From Bacteroidales bacterium (GTDB lineage Bacteria > Bacteroidota > Bacteroidia > Bacteroidales > P3): a stretch of DNA of 63,704 bases. The translations under genes were made by a program, and so were the position numbers. Under the pieces are notes generated by a model. It searched no databases and was not told the DNA's origin. It saw only the letters and a list, made by a program, of their open reading frames with translations. Where the stretch lies: NCBI GenBank assembly GCA_017646685.1, contig JAGCLZ010000016.1:1-63704 (forward strand). Reading direction: 5' to 3'. Every line of letters begins with the position of its first letter. The stretch's first letter is position 1. Shown one piece after another: positions 39,613-47,252 of this stretch.

Positions 39613-40233
39613 ATGGCAAAGAAGCAGAAATATTACACTGTGTGGCAAGGCAAAACCACGGGAGTATTCGAGTCGTGGACAGACTGCCAAGAGCAAATAA
39701 AAGGTGTGGCGGGAGCATTGTACAAAGCCTTCGACAGTCGTGCCGAAGCCGAGGCAGCCCTGAAAAGAAACTATTGGTCGTATGTTTCGGCCAAAGACAA
39801 AGCTGTAAGCAGAGAGCCGTCGGCCGAGGTTGTTCTTAACAGCCTATCGGTTGATGCAGCCTGTAGTGGAAATCCGGGAGTAATGGAATACCAGGGCGTT
39901 CGTACCTTCGACAAAGAACGTATATTTCACAAAAAGTTTCTTTTAGGCACCAACAATATTGGAGAGTTCCTGGCTTTGGTACACGGCCTATCGTATATGA
40001 AAAAACATGGTTTGACCCAACCAATCTATTCCGACTCTGTAAACGCCATAGCATGGGTAAAGCAAAAGAAGTGCAAAACAAAACTTCCACGAACCGCCGA
40101 AACCGAAGAGCTGTTCCGCTTTGTGGAACGTGCCGAAGCCTGGCTGCAAAACAACACATATACCACCCAAATACTGAAGTGGGACACCGAAAACTGGGGC
40201 GAGATACCTGCCGACTTTAACCGAAAGAAGTAA
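39613..40233 (+). CDS. rnhA: Ribonuclease HI with an N-terminal hybrid-binding (viroplasmin-like) domain
   Basis: KYYTVWQGKTTGVFESWTDCQEQIKG..YKAFDSRAEAEAA followed by an RNase H catalytic domain. Confidence 0.85.
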   Translation: MAKKQKYYTVWQGKTTGVFESWTDCQEQIKGVAGALYKAFDSRAEAEAALKRNYWSYVSAKDKAVSREPSAEVVLNSLSVDAACSGNPGVMEYQGVRTFDKERIFHKKFLLGTNNIGEFLALVHGLSYMKKHGLTQPIYSDSVNAIAWVKQKKCKTKLPRTAETEELFRFVERAEAWLQNNTYTTQILKWDTENWGEIPADFNRKK

Positions 40234-40269
40234 AAAACAAAAAAAATACCATTTGTAATAGTTTGAACA

Positions 40270-40303
40270 AGTGCAATATAAAAAATATATTGCACTTTTT
40301 TTT
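40270..40303 (+). terminator. Terminator after rnhA
   Basis: gtgcaatata-aaaaa-tatattgcac followed by tttttttt. Confidence 0.75.
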
Positions 40304-40434
40304 GTTGTTGGCTGTAATAAAAAGCCACTCCCAAGCGACTTATATGCGAAGAACGATGAGAAAGGAACGAATAAAGGAAGGTTTATAGGTATAGCAGACT
40401 CGAAAACAGATAAACAAGCTCATATAATTTAATT

Positions 40435-40460
40435 CCCTGCCTCTCACAAGGCAGGGTTTT
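40435..40460 (+). terminator. Second terminator-like hairpin, 130 nt after the rnhA terminator
   Basis: ccctgcc-tctcacaa-ggcaggg followed by tttt. No CDS lies between the two hairpins. Confidence 0.45.
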
Positions 40461-40512
40461 CGTTGGAAAATTAAAAACTAATACTTATAATAACACATTA
40501 ACACGTAATAAA

Positions 40513-41190
40513 ATGAGAAAAACATTCAAACTTTTGACTTTTGCCCTAACGGCAAGCCTTGTGGCACTTACTTCGTGCACACCCGACGACGACGAAAACA
40601 ACCCTACAACCCCACCGGTAGAACAACCCGAGCTGAGCTACACCTTCGAGGATGTAGCCTCGTGGACTCCGCAAACTGTGGAGTTTGGATACGACACCCT
40701 AGGTTTTGATGGCGTATATGCCGGAGGATACATTTCGCAAAACAACATGAGCTTTTATGAGGCTAACGAAATAATGGAGAGCGGTGACGAAATAGCAGCT
40801 TATGAGCAACTGAAAAATAGTTTCATATTGATGTTTTCAGGAACGCCGGGCAACTTTGATTGGGAATTGGAGTTCTTTGAAGGTGCCCCGGTGCTGGATT
40901 ACGGAGTTATGTATCTCGACGGACTTACCCAGCTGATGGGGCAAACAATTCCGCTGATATGGATTTCGGAAAATATGACCGTAACTGTAACAAAATTTGA
41001 TATGGCAAACCAAAAACTCTCGCTCACGCTCACCGCTACCATGCGCGATATGGTAAGTTTGATGATGGGCGCTTCGGGCAACGACCAAGGTGCAAAAACT
41101 TTCACCCTCTCCGTAAAAAATTATCCTATGAGCGATTGGGGGTTGGAAGACCTTGAAAAATTTACAACAAAGATGAAAAAACTAAAATAA
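40513..41190 (+). CDS. Lipoprotein, paralog family member 1 of 4
   Basis: Lipobox LVALTSC. Shares a C-terminal block (W.S.NM.V.V..FDMANQK.S..LTATM.D...KTFT.) with the next three ORFs. Confidence 0.8.
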   Translation: MRKTFKLLTFALTASLVALTSCTPDDDENNPTTPPVEQPELSYTFEDVASWTPQTVEFGYDTLGFDGVYAGGYISQNNMSFYEANEIMESGDEIAAYEQLKNSFILMFSGTPGNFDWELEFFEGAPVLDYGVMYLDGLTQLMGQTIPLIWISENMTVTVTKFDMANQKLSLTLTATMRDMVSLMMGASGNDQGAKTFTLSVKNYPMSDWGLEDLEKFTTKMKKLK

Positions 41191-41209
41191 AAACTGCTTA
41201 ATGCTGATA

Positions 41210-41247
41210 AAAGTATCGGAAACGCTTTTTTGTTCCGGTACTTTTTT
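41210..41247 (+). terminator. Terminator after paralog 1
   Basis: aagtatcggaa / ttccggtactt stem followed by tttttt. Confidence 0.55.
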
Positions 41248-41352
41248 AGTTGTTTGCTTGCATATATTGTTGATACACACCTGTTATATATTTTCCAAAA
41301 GATTCTTTGAAAGAAAAAGCCGGGAGAAGTTGTACAATAAATATATTATACG

Positions 41353-41360
41353 TAACTTTG
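41353..41360 (+). promoter_or_regulatory. -7 box TAacTTTG upstream of paralogs 2-4
   Basis: taactttgcaacc lies 56 nt upstream of the ATG at 41416. Confidence 0.5.
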
Positions 41361-41415
41361 CAACCTGAATGAAACAGTAAAACCAAGTTATTAAATAAAA
41401 AAATAGTAGACGAAA

Positions 41416-42120
41416 ATGAAAAAAACATTCCACCTTTTGGCTTTTGCCCTAATGGCAAGCCTTGTAGCGTTTACCGCTTGCGAGCCCGACGACCCTGCCG
41501 AAGGTACAAACCCCGGCGACGGTAGCGAAATAGTAGATGACGAAAACCCCGGCGACCCCGAAATCGGACTTCCAAGCGGAGTTATGTGCGACTTTGATGG
41601 TGCTGTTGATTGGAGTCCGCAAATGGTTTGGGTAGGAAACGAAGGCGATGACGATGAAGTGTTCCTGATAGCTGTAGGAACCAAAGAGGTTACCACTTTC
41701 CAACAAGCCGAGCAGATACTAAACCGCATGGACTTTGTGGGCGATGGAATACCTACCGATGCGATAGTAATAGGTTTCTATGGCAAAGAAGGCGTGCAAA
41801 CTGCCGAAGGTAGCATTTTTGAAGAGGAAGGCGACCTTGCCGTAATACTTTACACCGGAACTACAAACATTGATGGCGAGACTTTTGCCACAGGTTGGAT
41901 TTCAACCAATATGAGAGTAAACGTAATTGAGTTCGACATGGCGAACAGAACATTTTCTGCCAACATTACTGCCACAATGAAGGATATAATAAATGAAATG
42001 ACCTACGGCAATATGGGAAGCAGCGAAGAAAAAACATTTACAATAAGTTTCAACAATTGTGGCATCCTTGACTGGTATGCAAAGGACCTTAAGAGAATAA
42101 CAAAACTACTTAATAAATAA
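41416..42120 (+). CDS. Lipoprotein, paralog family member 2 of 4
   Basis: Lipobox LVAFTAC, acidic linker, FDGAVDWSPQ, GWISTNMRVNVIEFDMANRTFSANITATM, EKTFTI. Confidence 0.85.
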   Translation: MKKTFHLLAFALMASLVAFTACEPDDPAEGTNPGDGSEIVDDENPGDPEIGLPSGVMCDFDGAVDWSPQMVWVGNEGDDDEVFLIAVGTKEVTTFQQAEQILNRMDFVGDGIPTDAIVIGFYGKEGVQTAEGSIFEEEGDLAVILYTGTTNIDGETFATGWISTNMRVNVIEFDMANRTFSANITATMKDIINEMTYGNMGSSEEKTFTISFNNCGILDWYAKDLKRITKLLNK

Positions 42121-42140
42121 ATTTTTAAACGTGTAACACA

Positions 42141-42893
42141 ATGAAAAAGACATTTAAACTTTTGGCTTTTGCCCTAGTGGCAAGCCTTGTAGCATTTACC
42201 GCTTGCCAACCCGAAGACGAAACCGAAAACCAAGGCAACGGTAGCGAAATAGTAGATGACAACAACGATCCCGACAATCCGGGCGACGATCCTGAAAATC
42301 CGGGCGACGATCCTGAAAACCCCGGCGACGAAGAACAAACCGGTACTATAACTTGCGATTTTGACGGCGTGGCCGATTGGAACCCGCAGAGCGTGTATGG
42401 CGGATACGAAGGGGACGAGAGCGAAACCTTTATCGCAGTTTTTGCTACAAGAGAGCAAACTTCGTTTGAAGAAGTGTACAATTTCTTTAATGAAGAGGGT
42501 CTTGATGGAGAAAACTTGCCCGAAGATTGGTTGATAATGGGATTTATGGGAGAAGAAGGCACAAGAAACATCGATGGTTGTATGCTGATGGAAGAAGTTT
42601 CAGATGGAATTTTGCTTTTGACGGGCGATACTACTATTGCAGCCATGGGCCTTACACTTCCTACCGGCTGGGTTTCGACCGAACTTACTCTCTCTGTTAC
42701 CGAACTGGATATGGCCAACAAAAAAGTTTCGGCTAATATAACAGCTACAATGGCCGACTTTTTTTACATTTTTACCGAGGGTATATTAGGTAACCCCGAA
42801 GAAAAAACTTTCACAATTGCTATCAATGATCTTTCGATAGTTGATTGGTACGCAAACGACCTCGAAAAGTTGGTAAAAAAACTGAAGAAATAA
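42141..42893 (+). CDS. Lipoprotein, paralog family member 3 of 4 (with an NPGDDPE repeat linker)
   Basis: Lipobox LVAFTAC, FDGVADWNPQ, GWVSTELTLSVTELDMANKKVSANITATM, EKTFTI. Confidence 0.85.
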   Translation: MKKTFKLLAFALVASLVAFTACQPEDETENQGNGSEIVDDNNDPDNPGDDPENPGDDPENPGDEEQTGTITCDFDGVADWNPQSVYGGYEGDESETFIAVFATREQTSFEEVYNFFNEEGLDGENLPEDWLIMGFMGEEGTRNIDGCMLMEEVSDGILLLTGDTTIAAMGLTLPTGWVSTELTLSVTELDMANKKVSANITATMADFFYIFTEGILGNPEEKTFTIAINDLSIVDWYANDLEKLVKKLKK

Positions 42894-42912
42894 TTTTTAA
42901 ATACATACGATT

Positions 42913-43548
42913 ATGAAAAATACATTCAAATTTTTGGCTTTTGCCGTTGTGGCAAGCCTTTTGAGCTTTACATCTTGTAAAGACGACCCTGACGGCACCG
43001 AAGGCGGTGGACAAGAGCAAACCAGTGGCGTAACGTTTAATTTCGACGGAGCCGTTGATTGGATTCCGCAAAGTATGCACATGGGATACGAAGCCGACGA
43101 AGATGAAATCTTCTTCATGGCAGTAGGTACCAAGGAGGCAACAACTCGCCAACAAGCCGCCGAAATAATAGACAACCTTGATATTGATGGCGATGGCATA
43201 CCCACAAATGCATTGATACTTGGTTTTTATGGCACCGAAGGCGTGCAAACTGCCGAATATAGTATTATAGACGAGGATGGTGACCTTGCTGTAATGCTTT
43301 TCACCGGTACCGAAACCATAGAGGGCGAAGTTTATCCCAACGGATGGGCTTCTACAAATATGACGGTAACTATTACCGAGCTTGACATGGTGAACAAGAA
43401 AATATCTGCTACCATCACTGCCACAATGGGCGATATATTATATATACTCAGCGAAGGTATAGTAGGTAATCCTGCTGAAAAAACATTTACAATCAATATC
43501 ACCAACTACGACATCTTCGACCTAGAAGATTACTATGCCGAGAAGTAG
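42913..43548 (+). CDS. Lipoprotein, paralog family member 4 of 4
   Basis: Lipobox LLSFTSC, FDGAVDWIPQ, GWASTNMTVTITELDMVNKKISATITATM, EKTFTI. Confidence 0.85.
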   Translation: MKNTFKFLAFAVVASLLSFTSCKDDPDGTEGGGQEQTSGVTFNFDGAVDWIPQSMHMGYEADEDEIFFMAVGTKEATTRQQAAEIIDNLDIDGDGIPTNALILGFYGTEGVQTAEYSIIDEDGDLAVMLFTGTETIEGEVYPNGWASTNMTVTITELDMVNKKISATITATMGDILYILSEGIVGNPAEKTFTINITNYDIFDLEDYYAEK

Positions 43549-43599
43549 GCAAAACTGCTGAAGAAATAAAAAAATCTCATAATTGTAATACTAAAAACA

Positions 43600-43640
43600 A
43601 AAGCGTCGAAACGTAATGTTTCGGCGCTTTTTTGTTTTTT
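43600..43640. terminator. Bidirectional terminator between paralog 4 and the HU-like gene
   Basis: aagcgtcgaaac / gtttcggcgctt stem flanked by A-rich and T-rich runs. Confidence 0.65.
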
Positions 43641-43658
43641 GCCGCCCTGTGCATAGTG

Positions 43659-44243
43659 TTAGCCTACTAGGTCGTCGCCATTGTTGCCGCCGGTGCCGCC
43701 GCCAGTGTTGTTGCCGCCGCCGGTCTCGGTGTCGGTTTCGTCGTCGTCCAGCACGTAGTCAGAGTTTTTGCTTATGCGTTGGTATACCTTCTGCGGTTCG
43801 CCCGGTGTGCCATCGGCATTGGGCAGTCCCGGCACTTCGCCAACGAGGGCGTATATGCCTTCGAGTTCCAGCTCGGCGTTGCCGATAGCTTCTTTCAGTT
43901 CCCTGCATGGCAGGAAGCGCACGTTCAATTGCTTCACCTGTTCCAGGCCTGCGTCGGCCGAGGTTCGGGCAGTTTTGTAGCTGATGGTTACATTGAATAT
44001 CCCCAGGCCGGGTATTTCCACACTGTGGCCGTTGAGCAGAAAGTGCTGTATGCCGTGCGATAGGGCTTCCATCGATGCAGCCACGTAGGGCTTGGGCACC
44101 ATGGTGCTGGAGGCACAGTAGTCTATTATCTTCTCGGCTTTTACAGTGTTGTAGCGTATGGGCTTTACAACGAAACCTCTGGAACGGGTTTCCTTATCGG
44201 CAATATTGAACACATCTTGTTCGATTATTTTTACTTTTACCAT
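43659..44243 (-). CDS. Bacteroidales-type HU-like (HU-HIG) DNA-binding protein with a Gly/Asn/Asp-rich tail
   Basis: N-terminal pattern VKPIRYNTV...IIDYC...VPKPYV.A..EAL...I..FLLNGHSVEIPGLGIF. C-terminal tail GGGNNTGGGTGGNNGDD. Confidence 0.75.
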   Translation of the reverse strand: MVKVKIIEQDVFNIADKETRSRGFVVKPIRYNTVKAEKIIDYCASSTMVPKPYVAASMEALSHGIQHFLLNGHSVEIPGLGIFNVTISYKTARTSADAGLEQVKQLNVRFLPCRELKEAIGNAELELEGIYALVGEVPGLPNADGTPGEPQKVYQRISKNSDYVLDDDETDTETGGGNNTGGGTGGNNGDDLVG

Positions 44244-44575
44244 CTTTTTTAGTTTTTAAATTAATATATTATTTTAACGGCTTTCGGTTTGTTATTTTTC
44301 AGGGGTGTTTGCTTCCCGTGGGTAGCGCATTTTTTCAGTTATGGGCGGCATTTGCACATTTTGGGCAGCATGAGCCCTTTTAAAATAAAAAGCGAAATTC
44401 ATCCCTAAGGGATTAAGCCCCGAAAAAACGTCTGAAACTATAAAACATTGATTGCCAATAAATTTACAACACGCCTTGCTTCTGCTCTAAGGGCTATATA
44501 TATTTATATATATATAGCCTAGGGAAGGCAGGGGAGGGCGGAAAAAAATAAGAGCGGGACGCAGAAAAAATACTG

Positions 44576-44802
44576 CCTACCTGCCCCCAAAAAAGAACCT
44601 ACCTACAAAACTAAAGATAGGTAGGTGCAAAGGGGTGCCGGACCTACCTACGGGCATACAAAGGACCTACCTGCTTTTTCTGCAGCAGGCGTGGGGTAGG
44701 AAAAAACCAAGCCCGGGTTTGGGTCAAACCTAGGCTTGGAAAAAAAATCCTCGGGCTTGGTTTTTGATTTCTCGCCGTCGGTACAAAAAAGTTCAGGCTT
44801 GG
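44576..44802. repeat. Phased short motifs: CCTACCT (x5, one inverted) then GGCTTGG (x3)
   Basis: CCTACCT at 44576, 44598, 44643 and 44666, with inverted AGGTAGG at 44619. GGCTTGG at 44733, 44754 and 44796. Confidence 0.75.
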
Positions 44803-44823
44803 TTTTTGCCCTACGGCTATGGG

Positions 44824-45591
44824 CTATTTCAAAAACTGCTCCAAGGCTTGGACAAAGCCGCCAAAATTGTCGGCATGTACCCAGTGGCCGGCGTTGGGCA
44901 CTTCGGCAAGGGTAAAGTTTTGGAACGAGAGGCGTAGCATATCCACCGCCGTGGGGGTTACATAATCAGACCGTTCGCCCTTCAGTAGCATCAGCGGAAC
45001 GGTCGAAGCCGTAGGCAAGCCTACGGAGCACATCACCTCCTCATATTGGAAGGCAAGCACTTGACTGTTGCACCGCCACTGTAGCACACCTCCCGTTCGA
45101 TGTAGGTTTTTTACTAGTAGAGCGGCCATTGAGGGGGAGGGAACAAGGTTTTGAAAATAATTTTCGGCTTCGGAAAAGGTGCTGAAAGTAGACAATGGGC
45201 GTTGCAAAATTTCAAATAACTTTTGCATATTTTTGTCCTTCCCGCGCTCGGAAGTAATATCAATAAGTACAATTTTTTCCATGTCGATGTAATTTTTCGT
45301 AGCCATGGTCAGTACAATTTTTCCGCCGTAGGAATGGCCCATCATTATGGGTTTCTCTATGCCGTTGCGGTGCAAAAAACGGGCTGCCTCCAAGGCCATT
45401 GCATCGTAGGACAATGTATTGGTATGAAACGAGTTGCCATGATTAGGAAGGTCGGGGATTATAACCCTGTAATTGGCCGAAAGGCGGCGTGCTGTAGGCA
45501 CCCAAATATCCGACGACCCCAAAATTCCGTGTAAAATAACAAGGGGTTTTCCATTTCCGAAACTACGAAAAAACAAATCTTTGTTGCACAT
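44824..45591 (-). CDS. Alpha/beta hydrolase (YbfF-like esterase)
   Basis: ORF 44824..45888, with the realistic start MCNKDLFF at 45591. HGILGSS oxyanion region and GHSYGG nucleophile elbow. Confidence 0.8.
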   Translation of the reverse strand: MCNKDLFFRSFGNGKPLVILHGILGSSDIWVPTARRLSANYRVIIPDLPNHGNSFHTNTLSYDAMALEAARFLHRNGIEKPIMMGHSYGGKIVLTMATKNYIDMEKIVLIDITSERGKDKNMQKLFEILQRPLSTFSTFSEAENYFQNLVPSPSMAALLVKNLHRTGGVLQWRCNSQVLAFQYEEVMCSVGLPTASTVPLMLLKGERSDYVTPTAVDMLRLSFQNFTLAEVPNAGHWVHADNFGGFVQALEQFLK

Positions 45592-45606
45592 GTCAAAAAA
45601 TAATAT

Positions 45607-45614
45607 TAATTTTG
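45607..45614 (+). promoter_or_regulatory. -7 box TAatTTTG upstream of rnfA
   Basis: taattttgcaatc lies 117 nt upstream of the ATG at 45731. Confidence 0.45.
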
Positions 45615-45730
45615 CAATCTGTTTGCGGCCTTGGTGTAGGCAGAAGGGAAACGATTTTTTTTTCAGTTTGTTGTACGCTTTGGGCCTAGGAAATGGAATA
45701 AAAATAATTGTTATCAAAAAACATTCGATT

Positions 45731-46303
45731 ATGGAATATATTCTTATTATTATCGGAGCCATTTTTGTCAACAACGTAGTGTTGGCACAGTTTTTGGCTA
45801 TTTGTCCGTTTTTGGGCGTATCAAAAGATGTAAAGAGTTCGTTGGGAATGGGTGGAGCAGTGTTGTTTGTAATGCTCATAGCCACCATGGTTACCTACCT
45901 TATCCAAACTTATATTTTAGATCCCTATGGATTGGGATACTTGCAGACCATCTGCTTTATTTTGGTAATTGCCGGCTTGGTTCAGATGGTGGAAATTATT
46001 CTTAAGAAGATTGCTCCTGCATTGTACCAAACTTTGGGAATTTTTCTTCCGCTTATTACTACCAACTGTGCGGTGTTGGGTGTGGCCATAATGGTAATAC
46101 AAAAAGAGATGACCCTTTTGGAAAGTATCACCTACGCTTGCGGTATTGCTATAGGCTTTACTTTGGCATTGGTAATATTTGCCGGCATACGCGAACAGCT
46201 GGCTTTGACCAAGGTGCCTAAAGCTATGCAAGGCATACCTATCGCATTGGTTACAGCCGGTATATTGGCAATGGCTTTCATGGGCTTTTCCGGTTTGGTA
46301 TAA
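45731..46303 (+). CDS. rnfA: Rnf electron-transport complex subunit A
   Basis: The real gene is the part of ORF 45473..46303 from MEYILIIIG. It is near-colinear with RnfA (LGIFLPLITTNCAVLG, AFMGFSGLV). Confidence 0.9.
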   Translation: MEYILIIIGAIFVNNVVLAQFLAICPFLGVSKDVKSSLGMGGAVLFVMLIATMVTYLIQTYILDPYGLGYLQTICFILVIAGLVQMVEIILKKIAPALYQTLGIFLPLITTNCAVLGVAIMVIQKEMTLLESITYACGIAIGFTLALVIFAGIREQLALTKVPKAMQGIPIALVTAGILAMAFMGFSGLV

Positions 46304-46325
46304 AGCATTTTTATAGTCGAAAAAG

Positions 46326-46368
46326 TAGGAAACAAGCAGTTATAGGGTGCTTGTTTCCTATTTTTTTT
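46326..46368 (+). terminator. Terminator after rnfA
   Basis: taggaaacaagc / gcttgtttccta stem followed by tttttttt. Confidence 0.75.
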
Positions 46369-46475
46369 GCCCTTGAGGGGATAAAAATACTATTTGTAAG
46401 CATTTAAATAACAGTGCAGTATAAAATAATAGAGATTTTTTTTTCATTTTTTGCTTGTAAATAATAAAAATGTAG

Positions 46476-46483
46476 TACTTTTG
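46476..46483 (+). promoter_or_regulatory. -7 box TActTTTG upstream of the small acidic lipoprotein
   Basis: tacttttgcaaaat lies 48 nt upstream of the ATG at 46531. Confidence 0.5.
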
Positions 46484-46530
46484 CAAAATAAATCAATCTA
46501 ATAGATAACATAAAATAATTAGCAAAGAAG

Positions 46531-46743
46531 ATGAAAAAAGTAATGTTTTTATTGGCTGTTGCCGGTATGTTTTCTTTCGCAGCTTGTAACAACAATGCAG
46601 CAGAAGCTCCTGCTGAAGAAGCTGTTGTAGAAGAAACTGTTGCTGAAGAAGTTGTTGCTGAAGAAGAAGTAGTTGCTGATTCTACAGTTGTTGCTGAAGA
46701 AGTTGCTACTGAAGAAGTTGCTACTGAAGAAGCTGCTCAATAA
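46531..46743 (+). CDS. Mini-lipoprotein with an acidic A/E/V repeat tail
   Basis: Lipobox FSFAAC, then (A/V)EE(V/A) repeats. Bracketed by a promoter box and a terminator. Confidence 0.6.
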   Translation: MKKVMFLLAVAGMFSFAACNNNAAEAPAEEAVVEETVAEEVVAEEEVVADSTVVAEEVATEEVATEEAAQ

Positions 46744-46769
46744 TTATTGGCACATAGCATTAAGGCAAA

Positions 46770-46810
46770 AAAAGAGAGGATTGCATTGGCAACCCTCTCT
46801 TTGTTTTTTC
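46770..46810. terminator. Bidirectional terminator
   Basis: aaagagagg...ccctctctt stem followed by ttgtttttt. It lies between convergent genes. Confidence 0.65.
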
Positions 46811-46825
46811 TTATTACCTTTTTTT

Positions 46826-47245
46826 TTATTTTGCCACAGATACTTTGAATTTCATAGGCGATACAACGCTTGCATGTTCGAAGTCGGAATCTTCGATAAT
46901 GAAGGTTATTTCGCCCGGCGACATATCAAATCTTACATTTTCGTAGTACAAGTAGTCTGTGTTGCCGTCGCGATAAGGCAATAGATACGGAAGCATATTG
47001 TCGCGGCCATCGCCGTCGATATAATAAGCCACCACAATACCATCTTCTATCACGTCGGGTGTGATTTCGGGAGCCGAAAAACTAGCGTAGATATAAGGTA
47101 ACCCGTAATCGTCCACCCAATGATTTGGATAAACATCAATGTAAAACGATTCGACACAGCCTTGGTGTACATGAACAATCGTTTCTTTTCCACAGCCTGC
47201 CATCAGGAAAGGCAAAACTGCCAGTGCTAAGATAAATTTTCTCAT
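46826..47245 (-). CDS. Lipoprotein (hypothetical)
   Basis: Lipobox LMAGC. 139 aa. Confidence 0.6.
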   Translation of the reverse strand: MRKFILALAVLPFLMAGCGKETIVHVHQGCVESFYIDVYPNHWVDDYGLPYIYASFSAPEITPDVIEDGIVVAYYIDGDGRDNMLPYLLPYRDGNTDYLYYENVRFDMSPGEITFIIEDSDFEHASVVSPMKFKVSVAK

Positions 47246-47252
47246 AATGAAT

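Noticed and set aside
41391-43205. Long antisense ORFs (41391..41729, 42125..42721, 42897..43205 and others) overlapping the paralogous lipoprotein genes.
   Set aside because: They mirror the plus-strand genes. Their products are low-complexity and Ser/Pro-rich, with no start context or motifs. The plus-strand ORFs have lipoboxes and conserved blocks. The antisense frames stay open because of the GAN/GCN-rich codon usage of the real genes.
43616-43888. Arg/Cys-rich ORF 43616..43888(+).
   Set aside because: It is antisense to the GC-rich Gly/Asn/Asp tail of the HU-like gene, so it is a compositional artefact.
44824-46303. Long N-terminal extensions that make ORFs 44824..45888(-) and 45473..46303(+) overlap by about 400 nt. 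Similar extensions occur on 3920..4720, 32250..33071, 37296..38720, 956..2002 and 49887..50627.
   Set aside because: In each case the homology-like or signal-peptide part begins at an internal Met. A TAnnTTTG box or a neighbouring gene lies inside the extension. I used the shorter coordinates.
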